This document shows positions 26,177 through 40,057 of a stretch of 64,000 nt of DNA, piece by piece. The translations under genes and the position numbers were made by a program. Origin of the DNA: Calcarisporiella thermophila CBS 279.70. Lineage: Eukaryota; Fungi; Calcarisporiellomycota. The notes below the pieces were generated by a model, which saw only the letters and a list, made by a program, of their open reading frames with translations, was not told the DNA's origin and made no database searches. The DNA lies in the NCBI RefSeq assembly GCF_041956535.1, contig NW_027192203.1, positions 555,406 through 619,405 of the forward strand, given 5' to 3'. Position 1 is the stretch's first letter, and each line of letters opens with the position of its first letter.

Positions 26177-27568
26177 GTTGGGGGGTAAAGAGAAAAGGTG
26201 GGAGCAGAGACACAGCGAAGATCGAAGGGTAGGAGGGGATAGTAGAAAAGGCAACAAAAGAGGAGCTGGATTTACAAGAGGGAGAAAGCTTTATTAAAAA
26301 ATAAGTACAGAAATGAATAGCCTACGATTGACAAAAGGAAAAAAAAAAATATGGAGAAATTGTTTTGTGGCAAAAGAAATAAGGAAAAGTATGTCACGTT
26401 TCACATTTCATAATCTGCGCTGTACGAAAGTAGATGTAGTAGCCGGGGTTTTTAGTCAAAAATTCCGCAATTTGCAAATCTGGAGCCACTGCGATCGCAC
26501 AAGATCGAGGCGATTTTTTACGTCACTCGAAAGCTCATTTAAGGTTAAAGGCAGATTATCTAATCCTTCCAGAATATTGAGAGATTGGAAAGTGAAAAGA
26601 TCAACACGGGCATATACTCCTTGGGGTGATCTATGCACATTTTCCGTGCGCCATGTGTATTCCCCGCTCTATCAACCCCCATGCCATGGCTACATGTTCT
26701 CTGTCACGCACCTCTGCGACGCCTGTTTTCCCCTGGTGCCTAAATTGCAAAACTGACACGCAAATGGTACTAATCATTGACCAAGTAATAATAATGCCTT
26801 AAATTTATAAAATGGAGAAACAAGAGACAATATAGATATAGTGATATATATATTTATCTTATGGCATTGCACACCACAAGATGTCCGATACCTGGCGAAC
26901 GATTATGAATGCCTCTACAACCGTAGCAAATAGACTGCAACCTTACCTCATCCCTTCTTCTCATAAAAATGCCTTTATTGAACCATAGCGTAAGGCCTAT
27001 TTTGTTTCACTTCATCCTCTTATTAGTATTGGCGAGTGATTTTTAGGTCAATATAGAGAACAAACAATTAAGTCAGCCTCCCCCCTAAATTAAACACTGT
27101 TTTTTCTATATTTTAAGTATTATTAGTTCTATACTATGTATTTTGTAAAATAGATGGAAAGAACAATAGTATCACCGTAAGAGGGGATGAATAATCCAAT
27201 ACTTAATAAGAGCGCTGTAACTCACTGAAGCATAGTTTCATTTAAACCTTTTAACCAACCTCACCATAATACTAAAGATCAAGTAATCCTAAATCAAAAA
27301 ATTTGGAATTCATATACTTAATTACATGCCCTTAATATGGTGGTGCTTTTACTTCGCCTCTATTTGTATGTGGGCATCCTTAAGGAGAGAGCGGTCATTT
27401 CTAATAGTTAAAAGCGAATAGAATTTGTAAGTGAATGAAATGCGGCTCTTTGGCACTATCAAAATGTGACTGTGATCAAGGTGGGAACATGCGTCTTTAT
27501 TCGCTCCATAGACTTCTATACTCTGCCTCTTACCCAGTTCAGCCAATACACGTTGAGTAATTACCGCA

Positions 27569-28952
27569 ATGTCTTCCCGGAGTGATAAGGAAACGTTGAT
27601 AGAGATGGGCTTTCCACAGAGCAAAGTGTGAGTCACGTATCTCCTTTCCTCTACTAATTGAAATTGACCGTTTTCCGTTTAATAAGGGAGCGAGCATTGA
27701 GAGAAACTAAAGGAGCAGGTATATCATATTCAAACATTTCAAATCCAATTATTCCATATTCTCATCCATTTTAACTATTAGGCCTTCAGCCCGCCATGGA
27801 TTGGTAAGTTTTCCTTTCTATTCCTCTTCATGGGAGCTTGAATTTTCAAGTGTTTGACAATACTCCAAGGCTGATTGCTCACGCTGAAGATCCTGAAGAT
27901 GCCGAAGATACGCCGATGGGATCAGCCGACGCGGCGCAGGGATCTACTTCTGAAATGAATGTGGATGAATCTAAGAATGAAGCGAATGAAGAAAACGAAG
28001 GTAAATTGGGGAGTAGGTGGGGTTGAGTGAGATTATGTATTGGAATATCTAACGTGGGTGAAATTCAATAGAAGGTGAAGTGCAACCAAGTGAACTCACT
28101 GCTCAGAGTTTGATGTGTAGCGATTGTCAGAAACTATTTCGTGATGGTAGGATGTTCTCTGCGTTAATTGCGTTTTACGATGGAGGCTACAATTCAGAAT
28201 CCAATTATAGCATCGGCCGCCGAACGCCATGCAATCAAGACCGGGCATACCAATTTTGCCGAGTCTACTACAGCCATAAAACCGCTTACGGCGGAAGAAA
28301 AGGAGAAGAAGCTTGCCGAGCTGCGCGCGAAACTGGCGGAAAAGCGGGCTGTGCGTCAGACGCAGGAAGAGGAAGAGCGCCGCCAACAAGAAAAAATTCG
28401 GCGTAAAACCGGTAAAGAGCTTTCTGAGGCTAGGGAAAAGTTTAAAGAGAAGGAGATGGAGAAGGCCCTGGAGGAGCGGAAGCGAGAGAAGGAGGAGGAT
28501 CGACTGGCAAAGGAGAGAGTGAAAGCCCAAATTGAGGCAGATCGCAGAGAAAGACAGATGAAGGTTAAACTGATGTGAAATGGGACCAAAAATGAGAGGT
28601 TAATAAGATTTCTATTTGTCATCTCCAGAGAGAACAAGCCAAAGCACAGCAGCAAGCACCGCAAGCTCCTCCCGTCCGGGCAACCGCTCCCGCAGCTCCC
28701 ACCTCCAGCAAAGATTATAAAGAGGCTCGTCTACAAATACGTCTTCCACCGGGAGGTGGTAATCCTCTCACTCAAACCTTTTGTGCTGATGCTCCTCTTC
28801 GTGAGGTATACCAGTGGGTCGAGAGTCACTGTCCTCCGCCATTCAAACTCTCGACGACATTTCCGCGAAGAGTTCTAGAGGGAGCAGATTTGGAAAAATC
28901 GTTGCGAGATCTAGGGCTAGTGCCATCGGCTGTTTTAGTGGTGTCGCGTTAA
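27569..28952 (+). CDS. UBA - C2H2 finger - coiled coil - UBX protein (UBXN1/SAKS1-like Cdc48 cofactor)
   Basis: LIEMGFP..ERAL..GLQPAMDWL (UBA); CSDCQKLFRD..ERHAIKTGH; ARLQIRLP, TTFPRR, DLGLVPSAVL (UBX). Confidence 0.9.
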
Positions 28953-29194
28953 AAGTTCGTTTTATTGATACGAAACTGGAGGCAACTACTTGGTCTTATT
29001 TTGTTTCAAATATAAGAGGGGAAAAAAATGAATAAAAACTCATTGGTAAAATGGTAAGGGGCTGGGGAGAGGGAGTCAAATCTATATATACAAATTACGG
29101 TACACACACATACGCAGAGCAAAATTCAAATACGAGAAAACGAGAGTATAGAAACTCGGTTTCAGAATAAATCCATGGAGGAGCAGCCCATTTT

Positions 29195-30077
29195 TTATGC
29201 TGATGCGGTTGCCATTGCCATCAAGATTCGGGCAGCCTACAAAAAATCAGTCCTATAAGGCGTGAGGTCATCATCTTTTAAGAAAAGTCGTTCTCACCTC
29301 CATAACTTGTAGCTCTCTCTCCGCAGCTCCCCCGCAGTCTAGTTTGTGTTTCGTTAGAGCTTCCGCTTGCTTGTAGCCCTTGCCACAGTCTGCGCAGATG
29401 TGCATCTCCACAAGCTCCTCCGAAGTGCGCTTGCGCCCACGGCTGCGTCGCTTGGGTAGAGGAGAGGAGGGGTTTCTGCTTTTACTGACAGGAGAAGTGG
29501 CAGTGGAATGTTTAGAGGATCTCTGGGGGGGAACAGGTGAGGAAGGCCGTTTTTTGCCAGTCGAGTAGGTGTCGTATTCTTCTTGCAGTTGTGGTTGTGG
29601 TTGCATTTGCGGCTGCGATTGAAGTTGCGATTGCGGGTGCGGGTGCGGGTGCAGCTGAGAATGTGGCTGCACTTGTCTAGGCGAGAGTTGCTGAACAGAA
29701 GTCATGTGCTCGGGTTGCGAATACGCCAAAGCCTCGCTATTTTCGCTGAGGCCAGGGGCAGGCAAAGGTCCGCTCTTTTCATTCCACCGCTGAGCTGGTG
29801 CAATTACCTCAAAATCATGCCTATTTGCCTGAGTTGCCGGAGGAGGGGGCAGGATGATGCGGTGTTTCTCTCCACTTTGCGCAGGAGAGGTCGCAATAGG
29901 TAATGAAGCCGGCGGGTAGTGGCCATTAAAAGTTAAGGGGGGTAGCGAAGGATGAAGCACGGATGTGAATGGCTGATGCGGTTGGGCTGGTGGCAGGGGA
30001 GACTCGCTAGGAATTGAGAAATTGGATGTAGGCTCCGAGGGCGTCAGGAGCAGGTTGAGGTGGGGGAGTTTGGACAT
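29195..30077 (-). CDS. Pro/Gln-rich single zinc-finger transcription factor, 2 exons
   Basis: CADCGKGYKQAEALTKHKLDC followed by spliced QVME|AARILMAMA; basic NLS-like KRRSRGRKR. Confidence 0.75.
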
Positions 30078-31215
30078 TTTCAACTAACGAATTAAGGTTA
30101 CGGCTATGTTTATTCGGTCTAGGGTCAAGATTGAGGGATGAAGCCGCGTGGGAGAATGGGGAAGATTCCAATGGATCAAGAATGCAAAGGATCAAAGGAA
30201 CAAGCCGAGTCCGCAAGAAGGAAGCACAGGGGCACACGCAATTCTTGCAGCGGCTTGACACTAGGGAAGGGAAAAAGGAGGAAATTTAAAGAGGAAAAAA
30301 TTTGAGACCAAGGAGATTGAGCGGCTTTCCGAAACACAAGCTGTGCAATGCAACGTGTGTGCAACCATCCTCTCGAAATCAATCTCCCAGCTGGAGCCGA
30401 TTCCATTGGGCGTGCAGACTTGTTCGAATGTGAAGGGAGGGTGACGTAATTGTATACAGATCAATTCCATGAGTTGTTGCTTTCGTTCTAGCTAGAAGGG
30501 TTGGAGCGCTCCCTCTCCTGCCCTATTCACAGTGGCGCCAAAGCTTACTCAATGCCCCGTGGATGCGGCCCATAAGTCCCCCAGTGTCAGGCTAGCGTGG
30601 TGCGCAAGCTTTCGTCGACTCTAAGGGTTCGAGTTGTTTATGTTTGATTCGAGGTGATGGCCTGCAGAAAAAGCTTAAAATGATATTTTCAAAGTCATGA
30701 ACAATAAAGAAGGACGTCTTATCGCGAGAGGGAGCAGTGTGTGATTTAGTGAAGAGATTGTATATCCGACTTGCTGGCGGGTTTGGGCCTGTGTAGATTA
30801 ATTGATTAATTGATTTTGTGAGTAACTTGGATCAACATTATTTGTGTCGCAAATTAAGAGTGGTTAGTCCAACTGAGATTGTTTTCCCACTTGAAGAAAA
30901 AATCGCGGATTGCTGCTATTGATCCCTTTTTTAATTTTTTTCTCTATCCTCTTCCGCTTTGCTCGAGAAATGAGATAAACAGATCATTGCGCGTTTGTGT
31001 GCAAAGTATTGAATTAGTCCAGCTTTGCGCTGCAATAGCAAGAATTGCAATGTAGAAATTTGCATCCGAGTCGTTGCATGGCTGTTTGTGTAGGAAAGAT
31101 TGACATCGCATGGAAGTTATTTTTGAGCTTTGCAACGTGTTCCAAATTCAGAAGTCACAAATTGCACTCCAATAGGAAAATGCAAGGAGGGATGATGACG
31201 TTCTCCAATCTCTCC

Positions 31216-31233
31216 GCCAAGCCCTAAGCCAAG
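31216..31233 (+). promoter_or_regulatory. Two tandem PacC consensus sites (GCCARG) in the pacC promoter
   Basis: GCCAAG at 31216-31221 and 31228-31233, about 150 bp upstream of the ATG. Confidence 0.6.
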
Positions 31234-31376
31234 TCTATCTATTCAAGCTCGCATTTACTTTTCTTCAATTCTCCATTTCTCACTGATACAAACATCGTTC
31301 AATTCTCGGCAACTAAAATTGTCAAGAGCTATATTGTCATTATTTTCTCCATTAATTTATTTACATATCCACTAAA

Positions 31377-33311
31377 ATGAAATCCGCTGTTTTACTGCGG
31401 CAACTTCAAACTCCCTCTATTCCTACAACTCCTCCCACTTCCACCTCGGTGATATCCCCCTCTACCGCCACCAACTCTTCGCCGATGTCAACATCGAGGG
31501 ATGACTCTCCGGTGTCCCAAACAGAGTCACTTATCTGCCACTGGAGTGGCTGCGGTCAGGACTTTGACGATGCAGAACTAATGTACGTGCATCTCTGCGA
31601 GGATCATATTGGTCGGAAGATATTGGGAAATCTTTGTTTAGAGTGCAAATGGAAAGGATGCAATGTAAAGACAACAAAACGCGATCATATCACTTCGCAT
31701 GTTAGAGTGCATGTACCGCTAAAGCCTTTCACGTGTGAGGTAAAATTGCACTCTATCCAATCTTCATACAAGCTTTTTTCACTAACGGTCAATTTCGCTT
31801 CAGATATGTAAGAAGTCCTTCAAAAGACCTCAGGACGTGCGTAAACATCGCCGCACTCACACCGAACAGCAATCCCACCCGGACCAAGCCGACCACAAGA
31901 AACTTGATCACTACGACCCACTCACCCCCCCGCATACTTCTCTCTCCGACGTATCCCCCACCATAGTGTCGGGAGAATCACCTCAGGGTCTTCTGCTCTC
32001 ACCCACAAGCAGCACTACAGAAAGTAAGCTATTTCGCTTGAATGATCGTAAAGAAAATCATATGTTAATTGAATGATTTCTTATACTCCTCCCATTTGTA
32101 TTAGCTGCATCTCCAAGGTCCGTGTTAGAGGATCTCTTCGGCTCGCTGACAAATGGAGAAGAGAAGGGCGTTAAGCGCGGGTATAATTCGATAGACTCCG
32201 ACTCTCAAGCTGAGCATCCTCTAGACAACGAATTCACCATTGACGATCTGTTAAACGAAGTGGTCCATAACAAAAAAATCAAGCCGGACTATGATCAAGG
32301 TAATGAAATTATCCCACGCTGAGCCCGATGGATGGCAAGTTGGTTTAACTCTTTGTTTGTATAGACATGATGGATAGGCTAGACAGCTTGGCTTCCAACT
32401 TCGTATTAGAGGACGATCGGTTGGCGGAGGTTGTAAAGAATGACCAGGAGCTTGACGAATTGAATCGGTGGCTCACTGCCTTAACAGAGAACATCAATTG
32501 CATGGAAAACCCCCCTGTGAAGGTGGATGGTGTGATTTCAGAGAAGGACGCCCAAGAGTTTAATGCAGCGTGCGATGCCTTCTTTACTCAACACCTGGCT
32601 GAGGAATCTATAGAGGCCAACTTATCCAACATCACCAATACTCTAGACGCAAAGGGGGCAGACCAGATGATCCAAGAATTTATTGACTTTGCCCCTGGTA
32701 CAGAGGGCGGCGCTGCCGCAACAGAGAGGGTAGAAACGACGCTAAAGGACATGCAATTTGACGTGTCGGAGATGCCACGCCCTGATTCAGAAGTTGAAGT
32801 CAAATGGGAAGAGTTCATATCGAAAGAAACCCTCAATGGCGAGGAAGACGCCGAGGAGAAGGAGGAGGAGGAAGACGACAATATTATTCACTTGCTATCT
32901 CAGCTCAAAGCGAACTCCAAACAACGCGAAGAGGAGACCAAACAGGCTTCCATTATTTTTGGACAATTCGGTGGGCCAAGGCCGTTTGCTCGAGGCGCGG
33001 CCTATATGGGCGTAAAACTGCAGACCTCAATGAACACCGGTGGCAGGAAGATGCATACGTATGCACGGCCCGTTAATAACTCTACTATCTCGGATGTTCC
33101 GAAGAGTAATGTCAGGGATACGAAGGCACAAGTCATGGATAAGCAAAAAGGCGATGAAGTAGAAGGCTTGGTGTGTTCTATGGCAAGAATACACTTAAAT
33201 AGTGAATACGACAGCCAAAGACACAGATTGTTGGTAGAGAGAGTGCAGAAGGTGTTGAATGCGGCATATAGAAAGAAGAATGAGTATCGCGTCAACAAGG
33301 GGGACGATTAA
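31377..33311 (+). CDS. pacC: pH-response C2H2 transcription factor PacC/Rim101-like, 4 exons
   Basis: Three fingers: [48 protein letters not shown]|[19 protein letters not shown]. Confidence 0.92.
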
Positions 33312-33668
33312 AAGCAATATTTATATTGTCAAGTTGTAGCTTTCGACTTTTGTAGTTTTTTATACTTATATCAATCAACCATACTAATAACTTCTGTTTT
33401 CAACCATAATCGCTTCATCTTTAGTACATATTATAAGGAAAAACCCCATGGAGTTTAAATAAAATTTTTGTCACCAATGTATGAGAGGGCAATGTGAAAT
33501 GTCCCAAGTGTATGAATTTACGATGCTTTCTATATTTGGATAATCACAGCCTTTCCAATGAATATTCACTCATGATGAATGTGGCGCAGCTCGAAAATTC
33601 CCTCTTGGTTTTCTTTGGTCTCGGGGTGAAACTACGGTTCTTCCTCTTTTCTGCTTGAATCGTTGAAT

Positions 33669-34476
<808 letters not shown>

Positions 34477-34773
34477 AGTGCTTATTCGTTTTTTTTCTCG
34501 TATTTTATGTTGCATTATTTCTTTGATTAAAATAAAAATGTTATAAAAAAAACGTATACCAACCGTACCCTCCAAGTATTCCCCTCGCCTTTCCTACCTT
34601 ATGATGATGATGGTGAACAGAATCAAAATGGTTTCAAACCTATTGAATTGTTAGTAGAGAAAGCAGTCACGGTAAACACGAGAATTTAAACTTATTTCTC
34701 CATAGTTCGACGCGATTATCGAATTAGGGATCGCACCTTTGTTTCATAGTTAACATCATATACAATTAATACT

Positions 34774-36561
34774 ATGTCGAACGCGGTAAAAGAAGAAAAG
34801 GAAAATCGACAGGCAGCAGAGCAGAAAACTCCATCGAGCCAAAAGCCAATGCAGAATGAGAGTCGAGATCCCGCCTACTTTGGTTATTACTCTATGCTTC
34901 AACATCAGGTACCGGGATGCTCTTTTCGGACGGAATATTTTGAACAAACCACTCATTCATGTTGTTGCAACTTTCTCTTTTTTATTCTTTTTCTTATCCA
35001 TTCTTTTGTATGGATATAGCAAAACATGCTCCAGGACTCTGTACGTACCTCCACGTATCGATCTGCCATATTACTCAAATCGGCTTCATGTTTCAATAAT
35101 AAGATCGTGATGGATGTGGGTGCTGGTAATATATGTTGCCATCTATATATTTTGTTGCTTTGATGCTAGACGTAGAATGTTTTGTGGTCTCCATAGGATC
35201 GGGAATTCTTTCGTATTTCGCCGTTCAGGCTGGTGCGGAGAAAGTGTATGCGGTCGAGGCTTCAAAAATGGCGTCGAACCTAAAGAAGCTTGTCAAACAG
35301 GCATCGACTACCGGCAAAAACGCTTTTCTTAAGGACAGAATTGAGGTGGTTAATGGTGAGTGCTCCTCTCATATCAAGTTGGGATCGGAACTTAATCAAC
35401 CTTCTCATTGCTTCAATAGCAAAAATCGAGGATCCCGACCTACCCATTCCGAAAGTTGATACCATCATTTCAGAGCCCATTGGCGTGCTTTTAGTGCACG
35501 AGCGCATGGTACGATAATTGTATGGGGAATGCGAGCTTAATAGTTTTTATATCGTAATCATGTATATAGCTTGAGAGCTACGTGTATGCGCGTGATCATT
35601 ATTTAAAACCGGGGGGTGCTCTGTTTCCCTCCAAGGGGACAATCCATCTTGCACCCTTTACAGATGCCATTCTCTGGACGGAGACAATGGGCAAGGCTCG
35701 ATTCTGGGAGAGTACGTCATTCTATGGGGTGGATCTCTCGCCGCTGTTCCCGGATGCTAAAGACGAACTGTTCCGTAAGTGATTTTCGGAGGGTGGCTGT
35801 TTGCCTGGAAATGCAATGACTCTAACAGCCCTTGAACCTACATTTTAGGCCAACCCGTTGTCGGCCAGTTCGATCACCGCACCCTCCTCTCCTACCCGAG
35901 CCCTACCGGCCACGTAATTGATTTCTACACAATCACCTTTGAGCAACTACACGACATAGTCATTCCCTTCACATGGCTCGCCAACTACACTGGCATTATT
36001 CATGGCATTGCTGGATGGTTTGATGCATTTTTCGAGCCACCTCGCGGAGAAGCAGGCGAAACAATCGTGCTTACGACTGCGCCCTCGGCAGAGCGCACGC
36101 ATTGGTCACAGGTTCGATTTTTGTTCCGCGAACCGATTGCAGTGAATGCGGGCCAGCTGATTCGCGGGTGGATGCGATTGACGGTAAATGAGATGCGGTC
36201 CTACAATGTCTATGCCGAGCTGGTGGTTGGCTCCAACGTCGAACTGGGCGACCCAATGCAGTTGCCCAAAGAGCTGCTGAGCGACGAGGGAACCACCTCG
36301 AGCGAAGGTGAGATTCTCGACGAAAGCAATGTGATGCGGAGATACGGGAGATGGCATCTCCACGAGCAGACCTACAACTACAACTTCACATACCCGCCCA
36401 CCACCGATTTCAAGCCTGAATATTCTTGCATGTATGAGCCCGCACAACCGGTCATTCCCCCCATCCCGGCCGCTTTTGCTGAAAGCGAAATGGGAGTGGA
36501 GGCGCCCTTAACTATGATGGATTTTGATTCTGGATTTGCAAACTCTAATCAAGGATTTTAA
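34774..36561 (+). CDS. CARM1: Protein arginine methyltransferase, CARM1/PRMT4-type, 6 exons
   Basis: YFGYYSMLQHQ|QNMLQDSVRTSTY, MDVGAGSGILS, VYAVEAS, ISEPIGVLLVHERM|LESY, FWESTSFYGVDL, THWSQ. Confidence 0.88.
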
Positions 36562-36893
36562 AATGGCCCTTCTTTATTTTTTTTTTCTTTTAGGCGTAGT
36601 GTAAAAATATGAAATATAAGAGATACACCTTTGTTTTTGACGCATGACGCATATCGCTTCTAGATATTGGAACTCTGGCACGATGCCTGAAAAAATTAGC
36701 TTCCTCGAATCTACAGAGTTTATGGTCCCTTACCTTGAGGGAATAGGATGGGTGAGAACAACACCACGATTCTTTTTCATCAATTTAAAGTTTACGGGAC
36801 AAGACGTCACTATTTTATGTTTTTTGGCTCAAAGTCCGTGCAATCGAAGTGTCAGTGGATAGAGAGATATATTCGAAAATAAAGGTACACGAG

Positions 36894-38060
36894 ATGCGTG
36901 TCTCAGTGTTATTTTCAGCTACTATTGCGGCGATGGCATCCTTTGCACTCGCAGAGGATCCGCCCTGCACGGCCGTCCACAATGGGACCGACAATTATTA
37001 TGATTTGAGCCCTTTGAAGAAGGAAAGCGGGTAAGCCAAGTAATTTGCCAAGATTTCATCCCCTCTAATGCTCCATTCTCTTTCGTTGGCTACATTAGCG
37101 AGGACTGGATTGTTTCTGGCGCCGATCTCGGCTATACCTTTCGAATTAATGTATGTCGTGAGCTGCTCTACGACCAGACGGGGCTAAAGAATCCTCAGGG
37201 AGTAGCCGCGTACCAACGTGCGGACATAAAAGGATTTTCTATAGGGTAGGGGCTAATGATGGTTGTTCCGATACATATCCTTGCCACACGATTGATTCGG
37301 AAATTTGTTCATAGCAAGGTGTCCACCAAGCCTTTCTTCCGTGGCGACAAATTGCTTCTGGAGTATCAGGATGGAGACGAATGCCCCAATAATTCGGCAA
37401 AACATCGCTCTACATTAATCTCCTTCACGTGCAATCCCGTGGCGGATAGCCTCGGAAAGCCTATTTTTGTTGGGCAATACGATGATTGTGCTTACTGGTT
37501 TGAGTGGCATACTTCTGCGGCTTGTCCAACAAAGCGTGCGGTGGGAGGGAGCGGGTGGGGCTTGTTCTTTACAATGTACGTTCATAATCTTTCGGGACAA
37601 TCCTTGCTATCCATAACTCCTTGTCCCTAGAAGAGAAATGCTAATCCCTCCGTCTCCCTTTAGCCTATTCCTGGCATTTTTAGTGTACTTTATTGGCGGC
37701 ATTGCGTACAATCGCATCATTCATCATGAACGAGGAATTCGACAAGTATGCCTAACCCCCAGCCCTTATGTTAGCAAGAAGACTGGACAAACACTAATTT
37801 TCCCCGATGATAATTTACTTGCTAGGTGCCACACTGGGAGTTCTGGGCTAATGCATATGACTTTTGCAAGGTATAGATCGAAACTGCTACACTTTCCCAC
37901 GATGACATATTAAACTAGGTCATAATAGGACATGGCATTGATACTGATTGCCAATCTGCCGTGCTTCAAGGAGCGTTCCTCCAGTGAACGATACCGTGGC
38001 ATTGCAATCGACGAGGAGAACGCGCTGATTGATGAGGATGAGGAAGAGGAGCCCCGTTAG
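36894..38060 (+). CDS. Cation-dependent mannose-6-phosphate receptor-like type I membrane protein (Mrl1/Atg27 family), 6 exons
   Basis: Signal peptide; YYDLSPL, FRINVC, YQDGDECP, STLISFTC, DCAYWFEWHTSAAC (MRH domain); TM segment; QVPHWEFW; tail with YRGI and DEENALI sorting motifs. Confidence 0.88.
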
Positions 38061-39553
38061 ACAAAAAAAAAATACTGCCTTTACCCTAACTACTTATTTA
38101 TCTTGTCCATTTTGATTTTCTCTTTTTTTTTGCGCTGTTGTTCTATTCTCGACTTTTAATAAATGCATTTGCCGCTCACATATCAACTATTTTTATTTGC
38201 AGAATTATTCCCTTGTTTATTTTAACTTTAGTTCAAGCTTAGATACACGAGTATAGAGGAGAAAGGTTCCAAGTCTAACATATGGTATTAATTTACTAGA
38301 GTTTATGGACTGATGCAGCTCATGTGAATCCAATTACACTTTCACATCCATTTATAATTCCTAGCATCTCAAACGAAATAATATCGTCCACTAGGCATTC
38401 CCATCCGATCCCTTACCTTTCAACCCTACTGTTATGGGCCGTGGTGAATTTAACCCATCGACCAGCGAAGACCTAATCCTTGATTCAACCCCAATACTGT
38501 CTGATAACCAATTCTTGAATTTGAGTGTTACATTTGTTAAACATTATTTATCTTTTGTCGAGAATTGCGCGATATTTGAAATGGTTGTTCTTATTATGCC
38601 ATTCCATCTATTCTATTAGCAATATTTTCTTATTTTCTTATTTCCTTCGTACTTATATAACGCATTATTTCTTTCTATTTCTGGAGTATAAAGCAACAAG
38701 ATCTTATTTTTATTAGTAACAAGTTTCAAACTTTCTTAAGGGAGTTCTTCAACCCTATTCTCCACATTTCCTAATCTCCACGCAACACTTCTCTATTCCG
38801 AGCAAATCTTGTCAATCCTATGACACCAGGTTTTATAAATGAAACTTGGCCAGAAAAATGATAACAGGTCAAAAATCAAAGTATTGTACAGACTAATGTA
38901 ATAGTCTGTGTTATGGCAAAGCTCCTATACACACACAACTTCTCAAGTAGAGCCGGTTGAATCACAAAGAAGTTCCAGATAAAGCAGCCGATACTTGAAG
39001 ACCAGGCTAAACCGCTCCCTTCACTCGGCTGAAATATCGTCAATCAGAGCTGAATTCTGAAACAAGAGGGAGGAAAAGTAACAATGATATACTGCTAATA
39101 ATGATATACAGGATGGCTTCAATTGCCAAGACATAGAAAAAGCGCTAAGAAATCTGGAAAATGCTCGCCTCGAATGAAAACGCCTCGGCTTGTGCATTAA
39201 TCAGTTATTTGCGAGAGGTTGTAATAGGAATGGATCACGTGGAGGATTGTATATACATCTGAGAAGAGTACATTTATTGGAGATCTTCGAATTTTCTTTG
39301 AAGCACGTTCTATCCTGTAACCAATCAAAATTGCCACAATCCAAAACCTCCTGGGATATTAAAGGGATATTGATGTATTCACGTCGGCAGCAGAGGAAGC
39401 CACTTCCGTAATTGGACGATTTGAACCGATCTAATAGCCGTGAGTCGGTAGGAATATTCTGTTGCCAAGAACCCATTCCTAGTATATAATGAATCGCAAT
39501 TGCCCTTCCTCTCTCATTGCATTCAAATCCAAATCAACCTCAACAGCAAAGAA

Positions 39554-40057
39554 ATGTGCAGACGACGACGAGCAATTGCAGTTTTGGTAACGCCAGTCCG
39601 GCCTTCGCCGCCAAATACCCCTCCGCCAAACACATATTTATCAAATATGCCTCTCCCAGATGGACCCCCACCTTCATACGACTCCATGTTCAATCCTAAT
39701 GTCCCGGTCGGGCAGGGTCCCAACATGGTCTACGACGAAAGCCGATTAGTGCGAGTGGATCAACTTCGCGCTGAAGGCGCTTTTCTCTGCTGCCCCCAAT
39801 GCAGCAAGGTGGTCGTTACGGAGACTAAATATAAGGCCGGGAAATACGTTTGGTTGGCGGCCGCTGGGGTTCTCATTCTTAACCCACTCTTTGTTTGGGC
39901 ACCCTTTGTATACAACGGCATAAGGGATGTCAGCCACACGTGCCCCAACTGTGGATCCCAGCTTGCCGTTTACGACAGACTTAGGAAAAAGACACGCCCT
40001 TCAAGGCGTATGAGAAAATTGATCAAATATCAACAGTACGCGCCTAAAACCACATAG
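39554..40057 (+). CDS. LITAF-domain zinc-ribbon membrane protein, intronless (alternative start at 39647)
   Basis: PPPSY motif; CPQC..VVTET..hydrophobic helix..HTCPNC; TATATAA at about 39483. Confidence 0.88.
   Translation: MCRRRRAIAVLVTPVRPSPPNTPPPNTYLSNMPLPDGPPPSYDSMFNPNVPVGQGPNMVYDESRLVRVDQLRAEGAFLCCPQCSKVVVTETKYKAGKYVWLAAAGVLILNPLFVWAPFVYNGIRDVSHTCPNCGSQLAVYDRLRKKTRPSRRMRKLIKYQQYAPKTT

Noticed and set aside
26795-26830. ATGCCTTAAA resembling the U12 snRNA 5' end
   Set aside because: Lacks the branch-pairing GTAAGGA and the downstream structure
30590-30640. tRNA-like GGTTCGAG motif
   Set aside because: No cloverleaf or acceptor stem, and B-box consensus incomplete
31021-31030. AGCTTTGCGC matching the U4 snRNA 5' end
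   Set aside because: Similarity stops after 10 nt; no kink-turn or Sm site follows
38200-39480. Gene-free 1.3 kb with an intron-like segment on the minus strand (about 39057-39110) and an 8-bp hairpin at 38888
   Set aside because: No spliced open frame could be built; a lncRNA cannot be supported from sequence alone
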